Assembly (NCBI GenBank): GCA_040954595.2 | Contig: CM082593.2 | Coordinates: 4,605,434-4,669,433 of the forward strand | Origin: Balanoglossus misakiensis | Taxonomy: Eukaryota > Animalia > Hemichordata | Length of the DNA: 64,000 nucleotides | Direction of reading: 5' to 3' | Part shown: positions 63,983 through 64,000 of the stretch, in pieces | How positions within the stretch are numbered: the first letter of the stretch is position 1 | Layout of the letters: each line of letters begins with the position of its first letter | Notes under the pieces: model-generated | What the model was told of the DNA's origin: nothing | Seen by the model: the letters and a program-made list of their open reading frames with translations, nothing else | Databases searched by the model: none | Translations under genes and position numbers: made by a program

Positions 63983-64000
63983 TGATGATGATGATGATGA
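63983..64000. repeat. Start of a (TGA)n microsatellite at the window end
   Basis: Read directly; truncated by the window. Confidence 0.8.

Overview
Eukaryotic (metazoan) genomic DNA with spliced genes; gene content suggests an invertebrate deuterostome, but that is inference. In order: (1) the edge of a highly homogeneous 88-bp satellite array (1-8040) with a 17-monomer higher-order duplication, grading into 87-bp and more diverged layers (to ~8790). (2) Two tandem, diverged paralogous two-coding-exon genes (9511-11314; 14261-16367) encoding 7-TM non-GPCR proteins whose architecture resembles gustatory-receptor-like/7TMIC ion channels, with an unusual cysteine-pair insert in the N-terminus; the second is bracketed by inverted Kolobok-type MITE ends. 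(3) A five-exon rhodopsin-class neuropeptide GPCR (22048-36160) whose 9-kb intron 2 needs a GC donor. (4) A tRNA-Lys(CUU) gene plus a neighbouring anticodon-less 48-nt copy. (5) Three tiny CATAGA...TCTATG palindromes with 7-bp flanking duplications, possibly P-element-type excision footprints. (6) A six-exon, ~795-aa Z-disc-type gene (45402-61933) joining a synaptopodin-2-type PDZ and repeats to a myozenin-type ESEDL C-terminus. Several micro- and minisatellites are also present. All exon models were built by hand from splice signals and frame continuity; no database search was run.
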